DNA of 62,942 nucleotides, the filler included, from Bipalium vagum (Eukaryota): NCBI GenBank assembly GCA_037834085.1. It is 3 parts of 3 records of this genome, joined end to end, with 100 filler letters (N's around TTAATTAATTAA, not from the genome) between each part and the next. Parts side by side here need not be neighbours in the genome. Positions count along the whole stretch, not along the records: positions 19,101 to 40,042 come from JBBMKC010242060.1; 2 more parts are not named here. The stretch is one strand, 5' to 3'. The position numbers were made by a program, and so were the translations under genes. Shown here piece after piece: positions 26,201-39,129 of this stretch; position 1 is the first letter of the stretch; every line of letters begins with the position of its first letter. Below the pieces are notes generated by a model that saw only the letters and a list, made by a program, of their open reading frames with translations, was not told the DNA's origin and did no database searches.

Positions 26201-29200
26201 TTTGCGTTATGTTGTCAAAAGTACGTTTTGCTCGAATAATCATTATAAGCCCTGATCTTTTTATGTTTGTCGAATGATTTGATTGATTGATTATTATAAA
26301 ATTATTTAAAGGATTGGAGAGAACTTCGTTTGGTTTAACTTTGATTATAATTTAGGAAAAATTATAAATCCACTGAGATGTGCTTGCGAAATTCATGAAT
26401 TTGGATTGCAAATCGTTAAATAATCAAATATGTATATCAGTATTTTCTATTAGCTTGCAAACAATTGATTTGATTAAGAGATAATGATACAAATTAATCA
26501 TTTAAATCCCTGAGGTTATTTCCATGGAAAAATGGTTGACTTTAGATATCCAGGACACCCCAGAAACATTGATAACAATAATATTTAGAATGACAAAACT
26601 TGTGTTAAAATATGAACATTTTCTTCAGCTTGAAAAATTGAAACTATTTCTCTCTGGAAATTGTTTAATAAATCATTTCGAATTATGACTAGAAAACCAT
26701 TATTGACCTTTTCCGGCTGTTATAAATGGTACTTTAAAAAATTTAATTATCTTAATCAAATGATCGGTCTCGTGTAATTCATAATCAATAAATATTTTCC
26801 CATAAGTTTTTTTTCACATTTTCAAGTGCTGTATTCACTTCAGTTTTTGGTGTTGAATTTGGTTTCAAATTTCACCAGTGATATGTTAAGGAAACTGTTA
26901 CGGATGACAAGAATCTCTGAGACCAGACACGTTACCACTATTGATCGCAATTCTCTGTCATGAACAATGGACGATTTTTGGTATAATCATAAAATGCAAA
27001 TGAGAATCATTAATTTTTAAGGGCGTATGATTGGAAAGGATTATCAATGAAATCTCACGCCTAATATTGATTAGTACAGAAAGTTGGAATTTAAAATATA
27101 CTTTCTGTTGACTATTTGTCACATTCGTTTTGGATCTGGAAGAATTTTTATTGACGTCTGTTGATTTCTGATTAAGATCTAGGTCTCTAGATAATGTCTG
27201 ATGCATGGTACTTGTACTAACATTACCAAAAATAAGAAATTAAAATGGATTTTACTTAGCAATCATTTTTAAGATTTTTAACTGTAGGGATTAAACCATC
27301 GACCGTTACCGGTTTCAAAAATGCTAGCAAACCACGTAAAGATTCGTCAGAAGAAAAGTCTCAGTTTCTCAAATTTGGAGCAACAAAATCCAAAGACATC
27401 GGACGAAAAATAAGTCCTAGTACCAAAAATCAAGTCGTTCTCATGTCGGCAAAGCCATTGGAGAATGATGCTATTTACGAAAGTCTGTCATTTATAGGTA
27501 AATGGACGAATATCGATTTTTTTAATTCAGGGCCGATTCTGAATGTTTCTGCACCGTCTTATTTACCAAATGAAACGCCGAAAAACGATTCCTACACTCT
27601 GAATAAATCGGATGATGTAAGTATTAACCTGTGATCTTTATTCTATTGAAATAACTTGGACCGTTTTGGCTTTCTAATTCTTTAAAAACTGTGAGTGTTT
27701 CTGCGTCAATTTTAACATAATAGATGCCGTAGATGACGTTGTTTTGTTGAATTTCAAAAGGTCATCTGTACAGAATTTTTAATCATTTTACAAATTTGAA
27801 CTTATTGATCAAATTCTAATCGTTAAAATATTGAATTTAGTTTTTAAAAACAAACTTCGATTCTGAAAAAACAGACCAGTCACCCTTATTGTAAATTTTT
27901 TTAAAAATCAATATATAATGATTTATTTCAGATCAAACCCCTTAATCTGAAATTATGATTTTAATAAGAGTGATAGTTTTACGAAGTGTGTCGGTTTAAA
28001 ATTTCATTTTTATTTATTGGCTTTTTGTAGTATTGATTTTATGACTAGCTGACAATTGTTGGGTCCTTATTCAATTTTGAATTTATTTTAGAAAAAACGT
28101 TTTGGGAAGAGTTTAGTATTATTAAGAAATCGTAATTTGTTTGGTTTATGATAAAGAGTCAAACATGTTCGGGGTTTTTCAAGTTTCATATGCATTCAAT
28201 ATCAAGCAAAGTTCAATATTCTCTTTTTTGGATTTCTTTCACGTCGTTTCGTTTTGTTGAAATATATTTTCGATCTTTTGTTCTGTTTTTAAAGTTTATC
28301 AAGGATAAAATATTTTACTATTATGAGTATTTCTATAAATTAATTTTATTTAATTCTTTAAAGTTTTCTAGTTGAGAAACTGTTACAGTGCTACGCAAAT
28401 TAATTGCTGCTCGTTGTATAATTAAGAAATCATTATTATTTTTAAAGGAAATTAAAATCATTTTTTAATAGATGACAGTACAAGGTATAAGAACATATTT
28501 TAACAATATTGTATTATTTAACTGGAATTTATTATTATTTAAGTTGGAATTATATTAAATCTAATTTGTATGTATAATTAAATTTTTTGTTGTCCATAAT
28601 TAATTGCCACATTCAATTTATTTTAAAAATTTTGATTTCAAAGTTTATTTTTTTTTACTGTTTAAACATTATAGGGAAGTTTTAATATTTATAAAAAAAA
28701 TTTTAAAGTCCTCAGTAAATTCTGAATTTACCAAATTTAAGCAAACGGTCCAAGGGATTATTAAAGCCTTCCACGAAGTTGGAAAATCAAACAGGTGGAT
28801 CGGAAATAAGATTTATAGGAATGAAACCACCATAAGACTTAACTTATAAATGGTGATAATAAAAATCTGACACGTGGCATCCAACCAAAGCTTTCAGCCA
28901 ACAACTAACTGATTGATTACTCACAAAGTAACCTATCGATTTCAATTACCATAGTTAAAGGAGAACTTAAAATAAATGTAAGCAAGAAGACTGCCTATCC
29001 GAGTTTTTAACAAGGCTCAAATTTTGCAATACAAGAAAATTATGATTAAGCCACCTCTGAAAGTCAAAAAAATCGTTTATATGAGGCGACGAATGAAACA
29101 TGTCACCTGGAGTGAAGAGAGAGAGTATTATTTAAATGGACCAGGTGGCTGTCTACTATTTAAATAACTTGAGAAAAGACTTTTTTCAAAGAAACAGACT

Positions 29201-32200
29201 AGAGGCTCTTTAATAATTTGGATCTGTTTCAATTTCGGTGGCAAATCGAGTCTGGTAACTATTTCCGGTAATCAAAATCAATTGGAGTATCGGACACACT
29301 TGACAGATAGTCTATATCCATTCATCACTAAATTCAGCGGGATAAGCCCTGTTTTTCACCAAGATAATTGCAGATTCAATGTTGCCCGTTCACCTTCAGA
29401 AAGAAATATTCAATTTATGGAGTGACCACCGGACCTAAACTTAGAGAAACTTAGGAGAAGTGATCGTTCTTAAGGTTTATACTAGTGAAAAGCTATTTAA
29501 TTCTATTGATGAGCTGTGATTGGTGGTCATAAAGTGTTGGAAAGATTTGAATAAATCTGTCATCGAATATTTGATAACTAATAGAATTTATAACACCATC
29601 TATTCTCATTGCAGCTCAATAGATTATAATAATGTGTTTTATATTATTTTTTGTGAAAAAACAAATTTTGAGAAAAATTTGGCAATTATTTTGTGTTGTT
29701 TTTTTCTTTATAAATTGTTAAGACACTAATAGGTACATTCTGTTAATTTCTACAAAAAATTAAAATCTTTGGACATGAGGTAATATCATTTTAATACTGC
29801 AATTAATTCGTGTCGCACTGTATAATTTTTTAGATACCTAAAATTAATAAGTGTGAAAAAACTATAAAACTATTGTTGGTTTTAATTTCTTCAAAATTAT
29901 GAGATTTTAAACATATTTAATTACTAGGGTGATGCAAAGGTAGTACTCAAATTTATTTATTTACAACGGTAACTTTAATCTTCAAAATAAAGTCCATCAG
30001 CTTCAATGATTTTACGCCACAGATATGCTGGCATTCTTATCTGGTCAAAGTATTATTTTCTTTGTTTTGATTCGAAAAACTCTTTACAGCCCACCTCAAT
30101 TTTAGCTCAAGTTTTAAATCGGTGTCCTCTGAGGAAGTGCTGCATGAATCGAAACAACCGATAATCAGATGGTTCAGCATTAAGACTGTAAGCAGGATTT
30201 TCAAGATACTTCAGCTTAAGTACATGATAAACACGATGAAGCTGCTGACAATAAAGCTCTGTACTTATTGCTTTATCATGTGGAACCAATTCCTTCAAAA
30301 TTCCACCAACACAGCAAGAATTTCAATGCAAACCTGGATTGACGTGCGTCTGAAGACTGATATTGGCCTCTTAGAAACCCTGTTTTTCTGAGTTAAGGTT
30401 GAATGAGTATATCCTTATTCATCTGGTGTAACAATACGCCTCCAAAAGCGATTACCTAGCTGGTTCTCAAGCAGCTTTTTGCACATATCTTTACTTAGGT
30501 ATTGTGGATCTTGTCGTAGTATTTTGTGAATAAAATCGAATTGATGAAACGTCTCAGGACAATTGTTTGATGTACACCAATATTTACAGTCAAATCGCGT
30601 GAACTTGAAGAAGGATTGTCTTTTAAGGCTGTAGTTAATTCATCACCCACTATCAGTGAAGGTTGACCTAAACGTGATTCAAATTTCTTCAAGGTTCAAA
30701 TCTCCATTATTTAAGAGCTTTAACCACGTTGTAGCAGCAGTCCTCTGACATTTCCTTCACCTTCAAACTCACATAACTCTTTTTAAGCATCACTCGTTTC
30801 AATAGTGTCGCAAATTTTGTAGAAATCATCTTAATCACAAGATTTGAAAAAATTATCTATTGAAATTCAAAAACTTACAGTCAATATTTCAATTTTTAAA
30901 CAAATGATAAATTACTACTTAAATAAAATTATAAATTTAAACAAAATGTAGCTATTAAATTTTGAAAATAAGGGGAAAACCTTATTTGGAATGTAAAATG
31001 TCTTTATAAGAATTTTTGAACACGAACTTTTGCATCATCCTAGTGCATCACCGGTAATTAATATAATATTTTCGCACTTTTTATTTCTTTGACTAGATTT
31101 TAAAATAATTTAATTAAGAAAGGAGTGGAACTTTATTTCTTAATCAAATTATTTAAAGATTGAAGATTTCTTCGATATCAAATTTAACTGTAACTAATTC
31201 TGATGGTTACAATATTAGTTGATAAATCTTTACTATCTCTTGTCATAACTCAGTTGATTCATTGGATAAATGAAATTTTTTATAATATTAAATTTTCATC
31301 AAAATAGTGTCTCAGCTTTGATATACAATGGCACAAATATTTAAAACTGAGTTTGTAGTAGAGTTTGGTGAAAATAAATTTAGATTTTTATAAATATTTA
31401 ATTATTCTACATTTCACTTATTTGGATATTTAACAATGATAATTTTGTTTAAAAATTTATTAATGTACTAGAAAGGCTACTAAGACATCTGATTAAATAA
31501 GCCTTGCACAGCATCGACTTTTCTTTTACCTTCATTTAAATATCTAAAAACGTAGTGACCATTACGACTATACAAACTGAACTTATTCTTGAACTTTTTA
31601 CTCGAAATTATTCTTGTTTTAATTCTGAGAAAAAGAGGAAAGAAAAAACTTTTTTTGACTTTTCAAAATTATTCACTTTTAACCTTTAGATAAAAGAAAG
31701 AAATATATTTCGATGGGATGCGATACGAAAAGTAATCTTTTGAATTATAATTCATTATTGAATTTCAAAAAAAACTGAAGATTTTAAAGTTGCACTTGCC
31801 TTTATACTGAGGAGACTAAAAAAGATTTTCAAGAAATTTTTATTATTAATAATCAATATATCATAACTAAAAGAATATCAATCTAAGAAATTATAAATAA
31901 AAGATAAGTTTAGATAAAATTATAAATATGAAGATATATTACAAGGATTAAAACCATTCCATCAAAGAATTTCGTTGGTATGAATGAAAATGAAAATCCT
32001 TAGTAACAATTTTTTCTATAAATTTGGAAAATAAAATTTTATAAAATATTTATTCATTTAAATCAACATTTTATTTTGTATGTTATAAACATATGAAGTC
32101 TCAAATAATATAATATTATCGGATATTCATAAATTATTGTGACAAGTCAGTCTTCTTTTTGAAAAATATAATGTAAATTTATCAAATTGTGATTTATCAA

Positions 32201-32600
32201 TTTTTACAAATTCTTTTACAAATGTTTACCTTGTAGGATCTGTTCAAGTATCCTGTTTCGGAATGGGACAAGGAGAGAGTTGTCAATTGGCTCAGTTTCA
32301 TCAGTCTTAGTCATTTGGAAAAAATATTAATATCTAATGGAATCACTAGCGGATACAAACTGATTCGCTTAGATAGTGACACAATCAAAGTAATAACAAT
32401 AATTATCATAAAAGAATTTTAATGCGAAATTTGTTATGATTGCTCTTTAGAAAATCGGGATTTCCAACTCTAATGACCGCCTAATATTAAAAAGAAAAAT
32501 TAAAGAGCTTAGACAAATTAATAATGGATCTCCTAAACCAAATTCACAAATTGGTTTGGTCAAGAGCACTAGTAATACTAATATCAAATCGAAAATGTGA
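20295..32600 (+). CDS. PPP1R9A: Neurabin/spinophilin-like PP1 scaffold (post-PDZ segment, coiled coil, C-terminal SAM), 5'-incomplete. Exons 20295-20378, 21053-21113, 21564-21884, 21953-22170, 23868-23952, 24012-24132, 24189-24490, 25561-25667, 25709-25848, 25954-25998, 27288-27497, 27531-27616, 32237-32389, 32451-32600
   Basis: Fourteen GT-AG exons form one continuous phase-consistent frame. FTIGREIDQTNSEIVKLVERS matches the neurabin PDZ exit (F.IGRE....SEVAQLI). FDELISSVKILDNQSLKDKASL..RKPPS matches the neurabin LD..ALK.RAQL..R.PS motif. The SAM domain is VSEWDKERVVNWLSFISL...KIGISNSNDRLILKRKIKELR. Stop TGA 32598-32600. Confidence 0.85.
23500..23553. repeat. Short tandem repeat, 20-bp unit (TTTAACTTGCTATTTTTATT) x~2.7
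   Basis: Directly visible. Confidence 0.85.
28386..29820 (+). mobile_element. Full-length decayed Tc3-like element in a neurabin intron
   Basis: TIRs TA|CAGTGCTACGCAAATTAATTGC and GCAATTAATTCGTGTCGCACTG|TA. Remnants LNGPGGC, GSLIIWICF, VFHQDNC and PDLN. Confidence 0.9.
29924..31043 (-). mobile_element. Near full-length decayed mariner in a neurabin intron
   Basis: TIRs CTAGGGTGATGCAAAGGT and ACTTTTGCATCATCCTAG. Remnants ISTELYCQQL, PAYSLNAEPSDYRLFRFMQHFLRG and LKDNPSSSSRDL. Confidence 0.9.
32237..32600 (+). CDS. SAM-domain terminal exons of the neurabin-like gene (intron 32390-32450)
   Basis: DLFKYPVSEWDKERVVNWLSFISLSHLEKILISNGITSGYKLIRLDSDTIK|KIGISNSNDRLILKRKIKELRQ. AATAAA signals near 32910-32921. 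Confidence 0.9.
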
Positions 32601-34744
32601 CAGTGAATCGACATATGTTCCGTTTCCAAAGCTAATTTTGTTGACAATCCAATTGAAGATTTTCCTACTGACCAGCCCTTATTCAACAGCTAATTAAGAA
32701 ATTAAATTTGAGATTCCATAATACTCTCTTTATATGATACTTTACTATGATCTTGTACAATATATATTCGCCCAATCCATTGTCGTTGTAGTTTTAAAAC
32801 GAATTTTATCGTGGTGACCTGTGGACAGTTTTAACTTTTTCTTCGAAATTTGAACAGAAATTGTCATTGAAAAACCGTCTCGAAAAGTTCGATAAATCAT
32901 AGTTGAATAATAAATAATAAAGTTATTATTTTCAACAAGTTCATTAAAATTAAATTTGTATATTATTTACTGTTTGATTTTTCTGGCTTTGGTTAAAAAG
33001 CAAAAATCGGTTGTTTTTTTGGCTTCTTTCATTGTTTCAAATGAAAATGCACATTTGGACAAAATTTCTTTAATCTTCACATTTTGAAAAATAATTTATT
33101 ATTTTTATAATTTTTTTATTACTATTACTAATTAAAACACTTTGAAGAGTCATAAAACATTGTGAAAACTCAATAAGTTTGTGTTTGAATTTTCGCTGAT
33201 AATAAATGTTACTGTTTTATTATCTTTTCGTCATGTTTTTTCTCATTTCCAGATCTTTAACTCCCTTCAGGTAACTTATTATTTGATAAAGAATAATTTA
33301 ATTTAGATATAAATTAAAAAGGATTACTACCATATATCAGTTAAAGAGTCATATGAAATTTATTCTGGTAACATTGAATAAAACATTTTATCAAAGTCGA
33401 AGAATTGACAAAGTTCATTTTATTTCTTAAAATGTTCTCTTAGAAAATAAGTTACAATTTTGATCAGCTTTTGTTTTGTTTTCGATTACACGGCAAAGTT
33501 TTATTAGATTTAAAGATATTTGATTGAAACTGCATTTGATAAAAAAGATATTTTAATTATTCAAAGAGATAAAAGTTTATCTCAATGTCCGAAATAAGAA
33601 TCTGAAGTTTCGATAGAGTTAAAAGACATTTTTCATTCCAACACAATTGATTTTGATATTGTAGTCAATATAATGATATTCTATCCTTTTTCTTGTAATG
33701 ATTGTTTGTGGAACCTTAGACTTTATACTAACTTTGATAATAATACTTCGTAAACATTGAAAAAATTTTTAAGTTTAAATAAAAATAAGCTATAAACTTT
33801 TCATGCTTATTAAACTTTCTAATGATCGGTGCTTTACTCAGGCGAAGGAAGTACTTGACCTCGCTTCACATATTGTAATGAATTAACACAAGATAATCTT
33901 GAGAAAAAAATTAATGCTATTCTTTTGCTTCTTTGATTTCATTGAAATGTGGAGCAAATTTATTTCTTAATATGACTTAACTTTTATATAATATTTTGTG
34001 ATTGCCTATTCTTGCTTCAGTTTTAAATTAATTTGTATGTTTGCATAAAAAAATTTTGTAAGGTTCGGTTTTAAAATGTTGACAAAGTTAGAAGTACATT
34101 TCAATGTTCGCAAATTTCTTGATCCAATATATTTTAAAATAAGTCATTGTGGCTTTAAAGATTTAATTTGATTATTTATTGCATAAATTTAAAATTTTAT
34201 GAATTAAAATGTATTAGATGAAGAAATAAGTTTTAAAGCGTTTTTATAATAATTTTTTTCTTCCATTTAATCTTGGATACTAATTTTTAGTAAAGATTTT
34301 TTATCTGAAGCATTTTATTGCCTTGTTTTAATAATACAGTTTATTAATAAATAAATATTAATAATAATCTATATTTAAAAATTAATAATAAAGTAGTTAT
34401 CTTGCACTGTATTCACTATGAATTTTTTCAAGGATAATCCGCTGTAGCTGCATTTTTCTAATTTTTGAAAAATTGATCATAAACGTAAAAATTGGCTTTT
34501 TTTCAAGTGTTAAAAAATCAAATTTTTGGAAAATAGGATATCCTGAAAACACAAAGTAAAATCAAATTTTTTGCGAGTGAGCATTCCCTGTTTTTATAAT
34601 TACTGTTGAATTAGAATTCATAAAGATAAATAGCGATGAGATACATTTTATTCATTTGAATTTTTCACTAAAAATGTGAAATATTTAAACAGTTTTTATT
34701 CTTAATTTTGTCGTAATTAGTGTCAATCATGTAAAATCTGTCAA

Positions 34745-36865
34745 AAACGGAAAAGAACAGGATCAAGAACAAATTTACCTCTTAAACTGATCAGAGTACC
34801 ATTAGCACCAATGGAAATGTTAGCAATGGATGTCAGAAGCACCGGCAGGAAATCGTTATATAATAGTAATGTGATTACTTTAAAAATGACTGGAAGCATA
34901 GCATATACCATGAAAAAATAGAAGGCCAAGATTTTCGTGGAAGAAATATTTTTTAGGTACGGAATTCCCAGAAGTTGTTCACAGAAAAGGGAACAAATTT
35001 TATGAGTGAATTATTAAAAGAAATATGTTTTATTCCCGATACTAAAACTCAATACATTAACATATGGGCCCCAACGGATGGACTATTAGAAAGATTTAAT
35101 AGAACATTGCTCATATGCAATCAAACAGATTGGGGCAAGAACATATCATCATGTTATTTTGCCTATAGAAACGCAGTTCATGCCGCTCTAGGGGAAACAC
35201 CATTCTATTTAATGTAAGTTAGTTCTTCTTGACTACACATTGAAAATACGTCAGAGTTATAAAAAGTATCTAATCAAACAAAACACAATTACGCAATACG
35301 TAACTCTATTTGAAAAACAACGATATGCCTATCAATTTAGATTATTTAAAACCGACATCACAGTATTTGGAGGAAGAAGATTATAAAGTGGTGATGCAAG
35401 ACAGACTGTAAGAGACATGAGAGAAAGCGAGAATCAATATAAGATACGGACAGGAAAAATACAAAGAACGATACAATAGGGCAGCGAAAGAACACAATTT
35501 TAGAATTGGAGGAAAGGTAATGGTAGAAATACCAGACCCAATTAGAGGCAAGACACGAAAGCTTTATAGGACGCTCAAAGGTCTATACAGTAGAAAAAGT
35601 AACGCCGACAAATCTATCACTAATAAGCACAAAGAAGACATGTTCATCATTTATAGTACATTCAAACCTCGATCGACCGCCAAGTGATAAAGTCCATATT
35701 TTATGGCGGTCGATCGATGTAAAAATGACTAAGTAATTAATAATTATTAAAAAATTCATTGTCATACTCTACTTATTTTTCAGATATAAATTATAATTAT
35801 ATTTTTCTAATAATATTTGAATTCATTGAAAATCAATAAAAAGTTCGAACTATATTTTATTAAAATATTCATCAACTTTTGTATACTTTCTTTGCATCTG
35901 TTGATCGAGAAACTGTCTTAAATGAATGATCATAAGAGCTTCTTTTGGATATAGACCTTCTTTCTGCTTCAAAATGTCTCTAAAAAAATTACCGATCTTG
36001 AGACTTCTGCATGAGAGACTTTGACCGAATCTTGTTGAAAATTTTCATTTTGCTCTTCATCTTCTGCAAGAATTCATAATTTTCTTCATCATTCAGAAAT
36101 TCAGAAGTCGATAGTTTAGACTCTAAAGTTTGAAAATCGTCAATAATTTTACCAATCTTCTAAAAATGTTTTTTATTTTCAAGGTAATCATTAATTTCAA
36201 TGGTATCAATAGCTACATTTAAAATTTTATCATTTTTGTGTATTCAACAATTCCCGTTTTATTCCAACAATTTGATTGTTAAAGCTGTTACTCGGTGATA
36301 AGCATTATAACTCCAGATGATTACCATTGATAAATCCACTTTTTGTTTTATTTTTTTTCAATACAATCAATAATTTCAAAATTTTCCTACTTTTTTTTCC
36401 ATCTATTTCAAGCCATTGGTCTTTTTGACAAAAGATCGCTTATTGATCTTCTTGATATCTCAAAACCAAATGTTTTTGAAAATAAAGTAGCAAGCTTGGG
36501 TTGTGACTTTTAGGAACTCGATGTGTATTTTAGAATTTTCTTGTTTGTACAAATGAGAGAAATATTTTTGTCTTTTCAGAATCCATGTGTTAATTCTTAA
36601 ACCAATTATTAATAATAACATAAAAGAAATCTAACGGTTTTAAATTTTTTTAAAAATTTCTAATCTCAAACAAAAATAAATGAGAATTTTATTTAGCTTG
36701 AAATTTTAAACAATTTTGTTTTGACAGTCGAGAAAGTAAGGTGGCGCTCAATCGAGGTAGACATACAGTAGAACATTTTAACATGAATCTCTAGACGATC
36801 GTCATGGTTGTGGTCATTCGAGGTTTGATTTTACATGCCAATCGCTGTAAGAAATGGATAGAGCA
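34745..36865 (+). mobile_element. Ty3/Gypsy integrase remnant (interrupted by a Tigger at 35659-36831)
   Basis: PMEMLAMDV, IFFRYGIP, TEKGTNFMSELL, TDGLLERFNRTL, FAYRNAVHAALGETPFYLM, GPY/F-like KGLYTVEKV, and IV|HANRCKKW after removing the insert. Confidence 0.88.
35659..36831 (-). mobile_element. Non-autonomous pogo/Tigger element with TA TSD
   Basis: TIRs TA|CATTCAAACCTCGATCGACC and GGTCATTCGAGGTTTGATTT|TA. The minus strand has a CENP-B-like HTH (MDSEKTKIFLSFVQ..SQPKLATLFSKTFGFEISRRSISDLL) joined to a C-terminal KVSHAEV segment. Confidence 0.8.
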
Positions 36866-37619
36866 AATCAAGGAGAGGTATGCATGACGATCTCGAGAAC
36901 AAAAAAGCTGGTTTTGACTACCATTAGTGATCTTGCTAACTATTACATATTTATGTAGACAAACAAACAATTGGAGTGTTTGGGATACAAAGTGGAAATA
37001 TCAAATACTAGCAAGAGGATATATGTCATATGCGAAAGTGTAAAATCAAGTTTCATCAGAAAAAGTCCAGGAGCACACATGTACCGGACACCAACTAGTA
37101 CGAGAGAAGATCAAATAATAAGAATAAAGTACAGAAATAAACGAGAATATTTAGCTCATTATCAACGAAATACACATTTTATATTGGCAAAAAAATATGG
37201 ATTCTATATCTGAAGAGTAGTGAATATATTTGTATAATTGGTATGCAATCCATATATAAAGTTGGCATAATCTATTGGGATTTGCAGGACCAGTGGATGT
37301 AATCACTTATGGGAAATTCACAATGGAAGTTTGCAGTAACAGTTGTACAGAAGTGAATAAGAAGCAAATAGATCAATGTCGATATATCAACTATGAACCC
37401 AAACAGGAAAAAGATGAACAAAAAATGAAAAAATGGCAAGAAAACGACAGAGGAGAATAGTAGAAATATTACGAGAAAAAACAAGGCTCAATGAGTTTTA
37501 ATAAAAACAGAAAATCCGGATTACCTTTTTTAGTTTCCCCATGGAGTAAAATTAAAAAAGATCATTAATTATTAGTCAGAATTATTAATTATAGTCAGAA
37601 ATCAATGAATTTTTATATT

Positions 37620-37920
37620 TATATAAGAAACAAGGATCGAGTAGCATGGAGTTGTATGGATGCAGATTAGATGCAACAATTATAAAATTATATATCCATT
37701 AAGAGAATATATCCATTTTTTAAACGAATAAATATATATTTGATGTATTTGTGAGACAATGAAAAATCTGGGAAGTCGAAATACAAGTCTGGTCTTTCGA
37801 TGAACAAATTGTTGCAATTTTATTCAAAAATTCTCATTTGCTTTAAATTGTATTTTGACAATAATAAAACAACAATTGGTGGACGTGGTAGAATTGTTCA
37901 AAATGAAGAGTCTCTATTTT
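37620..37920 (+). mobile_element. Merlin (IS1016/ISXO2-like) transposase fragment
   Basis: TIGGRGRIVQNEESLF matches the Merlin motif IGG.G.IVEIDES.F. Truncated by the adjacent LTR-like copy. Confidence 0.7.
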
Positions 37921-37994
37921 GGTATTTTATTAGTTTTTATACCATTTTTCAAATAGTAAAAAATCAAATAAATTTACAAATATAATTACAAATT

Positions 37995-38560
37995 TATTGG
38001 AAATTTTTCACTAACTAGGGTATCAAAGGTTAAACCTGACTCCAACTCTTAGGTTGTGCAAAAATAATAACAATCAGTAAAGCAATAACTTGCATTCATT
38101 ACACAAAACTTCACACGAAATCACACAATGATAACAATAATACAAAATCGTCAAACTCAAGAGAAAGGGAAATACAATAAGGTCTAAAATGTTTGCAATT
38201 GTCTTTAATAATCAATCAAAGACAATAGTTAATAATATCGAGTCAAGAAACACAAATGGATACATAAAGTTAATCAATAATTATGAAATAATATAATCAA
38301 ATTACTAAGGTTTAACCAAAAATAAAATTAAGATGATAATAAAAAAATGGAATAAGCTTACAAGTTATCTTCGCTTAAGCTTCCCAGACTAATAGTTGAG
38401 CCTTTACAGTTGCTCAGAAATATCCCTCTGATGGGGAACTCAAACACAATCCCAGGCGAATGGAATACATAATTACTTGTTTTAAAATCAAATTCAATGA
38501 TTACGTTAATGCTAAAATCGAATCAATAATTGATAATAATAATTTAATAAAAAAATCGAG
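37995..38560 (-). mobile_element. LTR-like repeat, copy 3 (3' part; may extend to ~39070)
   Basis: The reverse complement has AAGAGTTGGAGTCAGGTTTAA..ATACCCTAGTTAGTGAAA and CCTGGGATTGTG..TTTCTGAGCAAC as in copy 1. It ends CCAATA, an imperfect inverse of the TGTTGG start. Confidence 0.75.
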
Positions 38561-39129
38561 AATGAAACAAAAATTAATAAATCGGTCTCACCAAGAGCGA
38601 CAAGGGGTCCCGGGTCACCCTCTAGGCCCTTCTCAGGTCGCCTAGGGGTTCCCAAACTCGCTGGGTCCCCTTGTAAAAATCCGGCTGCATCATAAAAAAA
38701 ACAATCTTTCTGCTTAGAAAATTACCAAGATCGTCCTCGGCCGGTACCCGGGTCTTGTTTTCTTCGGAAGTAATCTGGATAGCGTTGTGGTTAAAAATCT
38801 TCTTCGAGAAGTCTTCGTCGCAAATAATCCTTTTCTCTTGTTTTTGTTAAATTATGAAGGCTCTGCCGCTAACGAAAAAAGCCGTCTCCTATTATAGTCG
38901 TAGACATTGGTCTACGATCACCAATCCCTACGCTTAGAGACGGCTATTTTCCCTAATAGCCACTAACTATCTCTACGCCGAGATAGTCTCTTGTCGAGGC
39001 TAATGGATTCCTGTCAGGAAATCCATTAGCCTACTCTCACAAAAAATCCCCACGGCGGAATTTCGCGCATAAAAAATTAATAAAATTTTAACTAAAAATT
39101 TTCGTTTAAAAAAATTTTATTATTATTAT

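Noticed and set aside
26878-26962. Possible extra neurabin exon
   Set aside because: Stop in the required phase, and the flanking exons 25998 and 27288 join in frame without it.
33240-34150. Possible decayed transposase on the minus strand
   Set aside because: Looks like eroded coding sequence, but has no motif I can assign with confidence.
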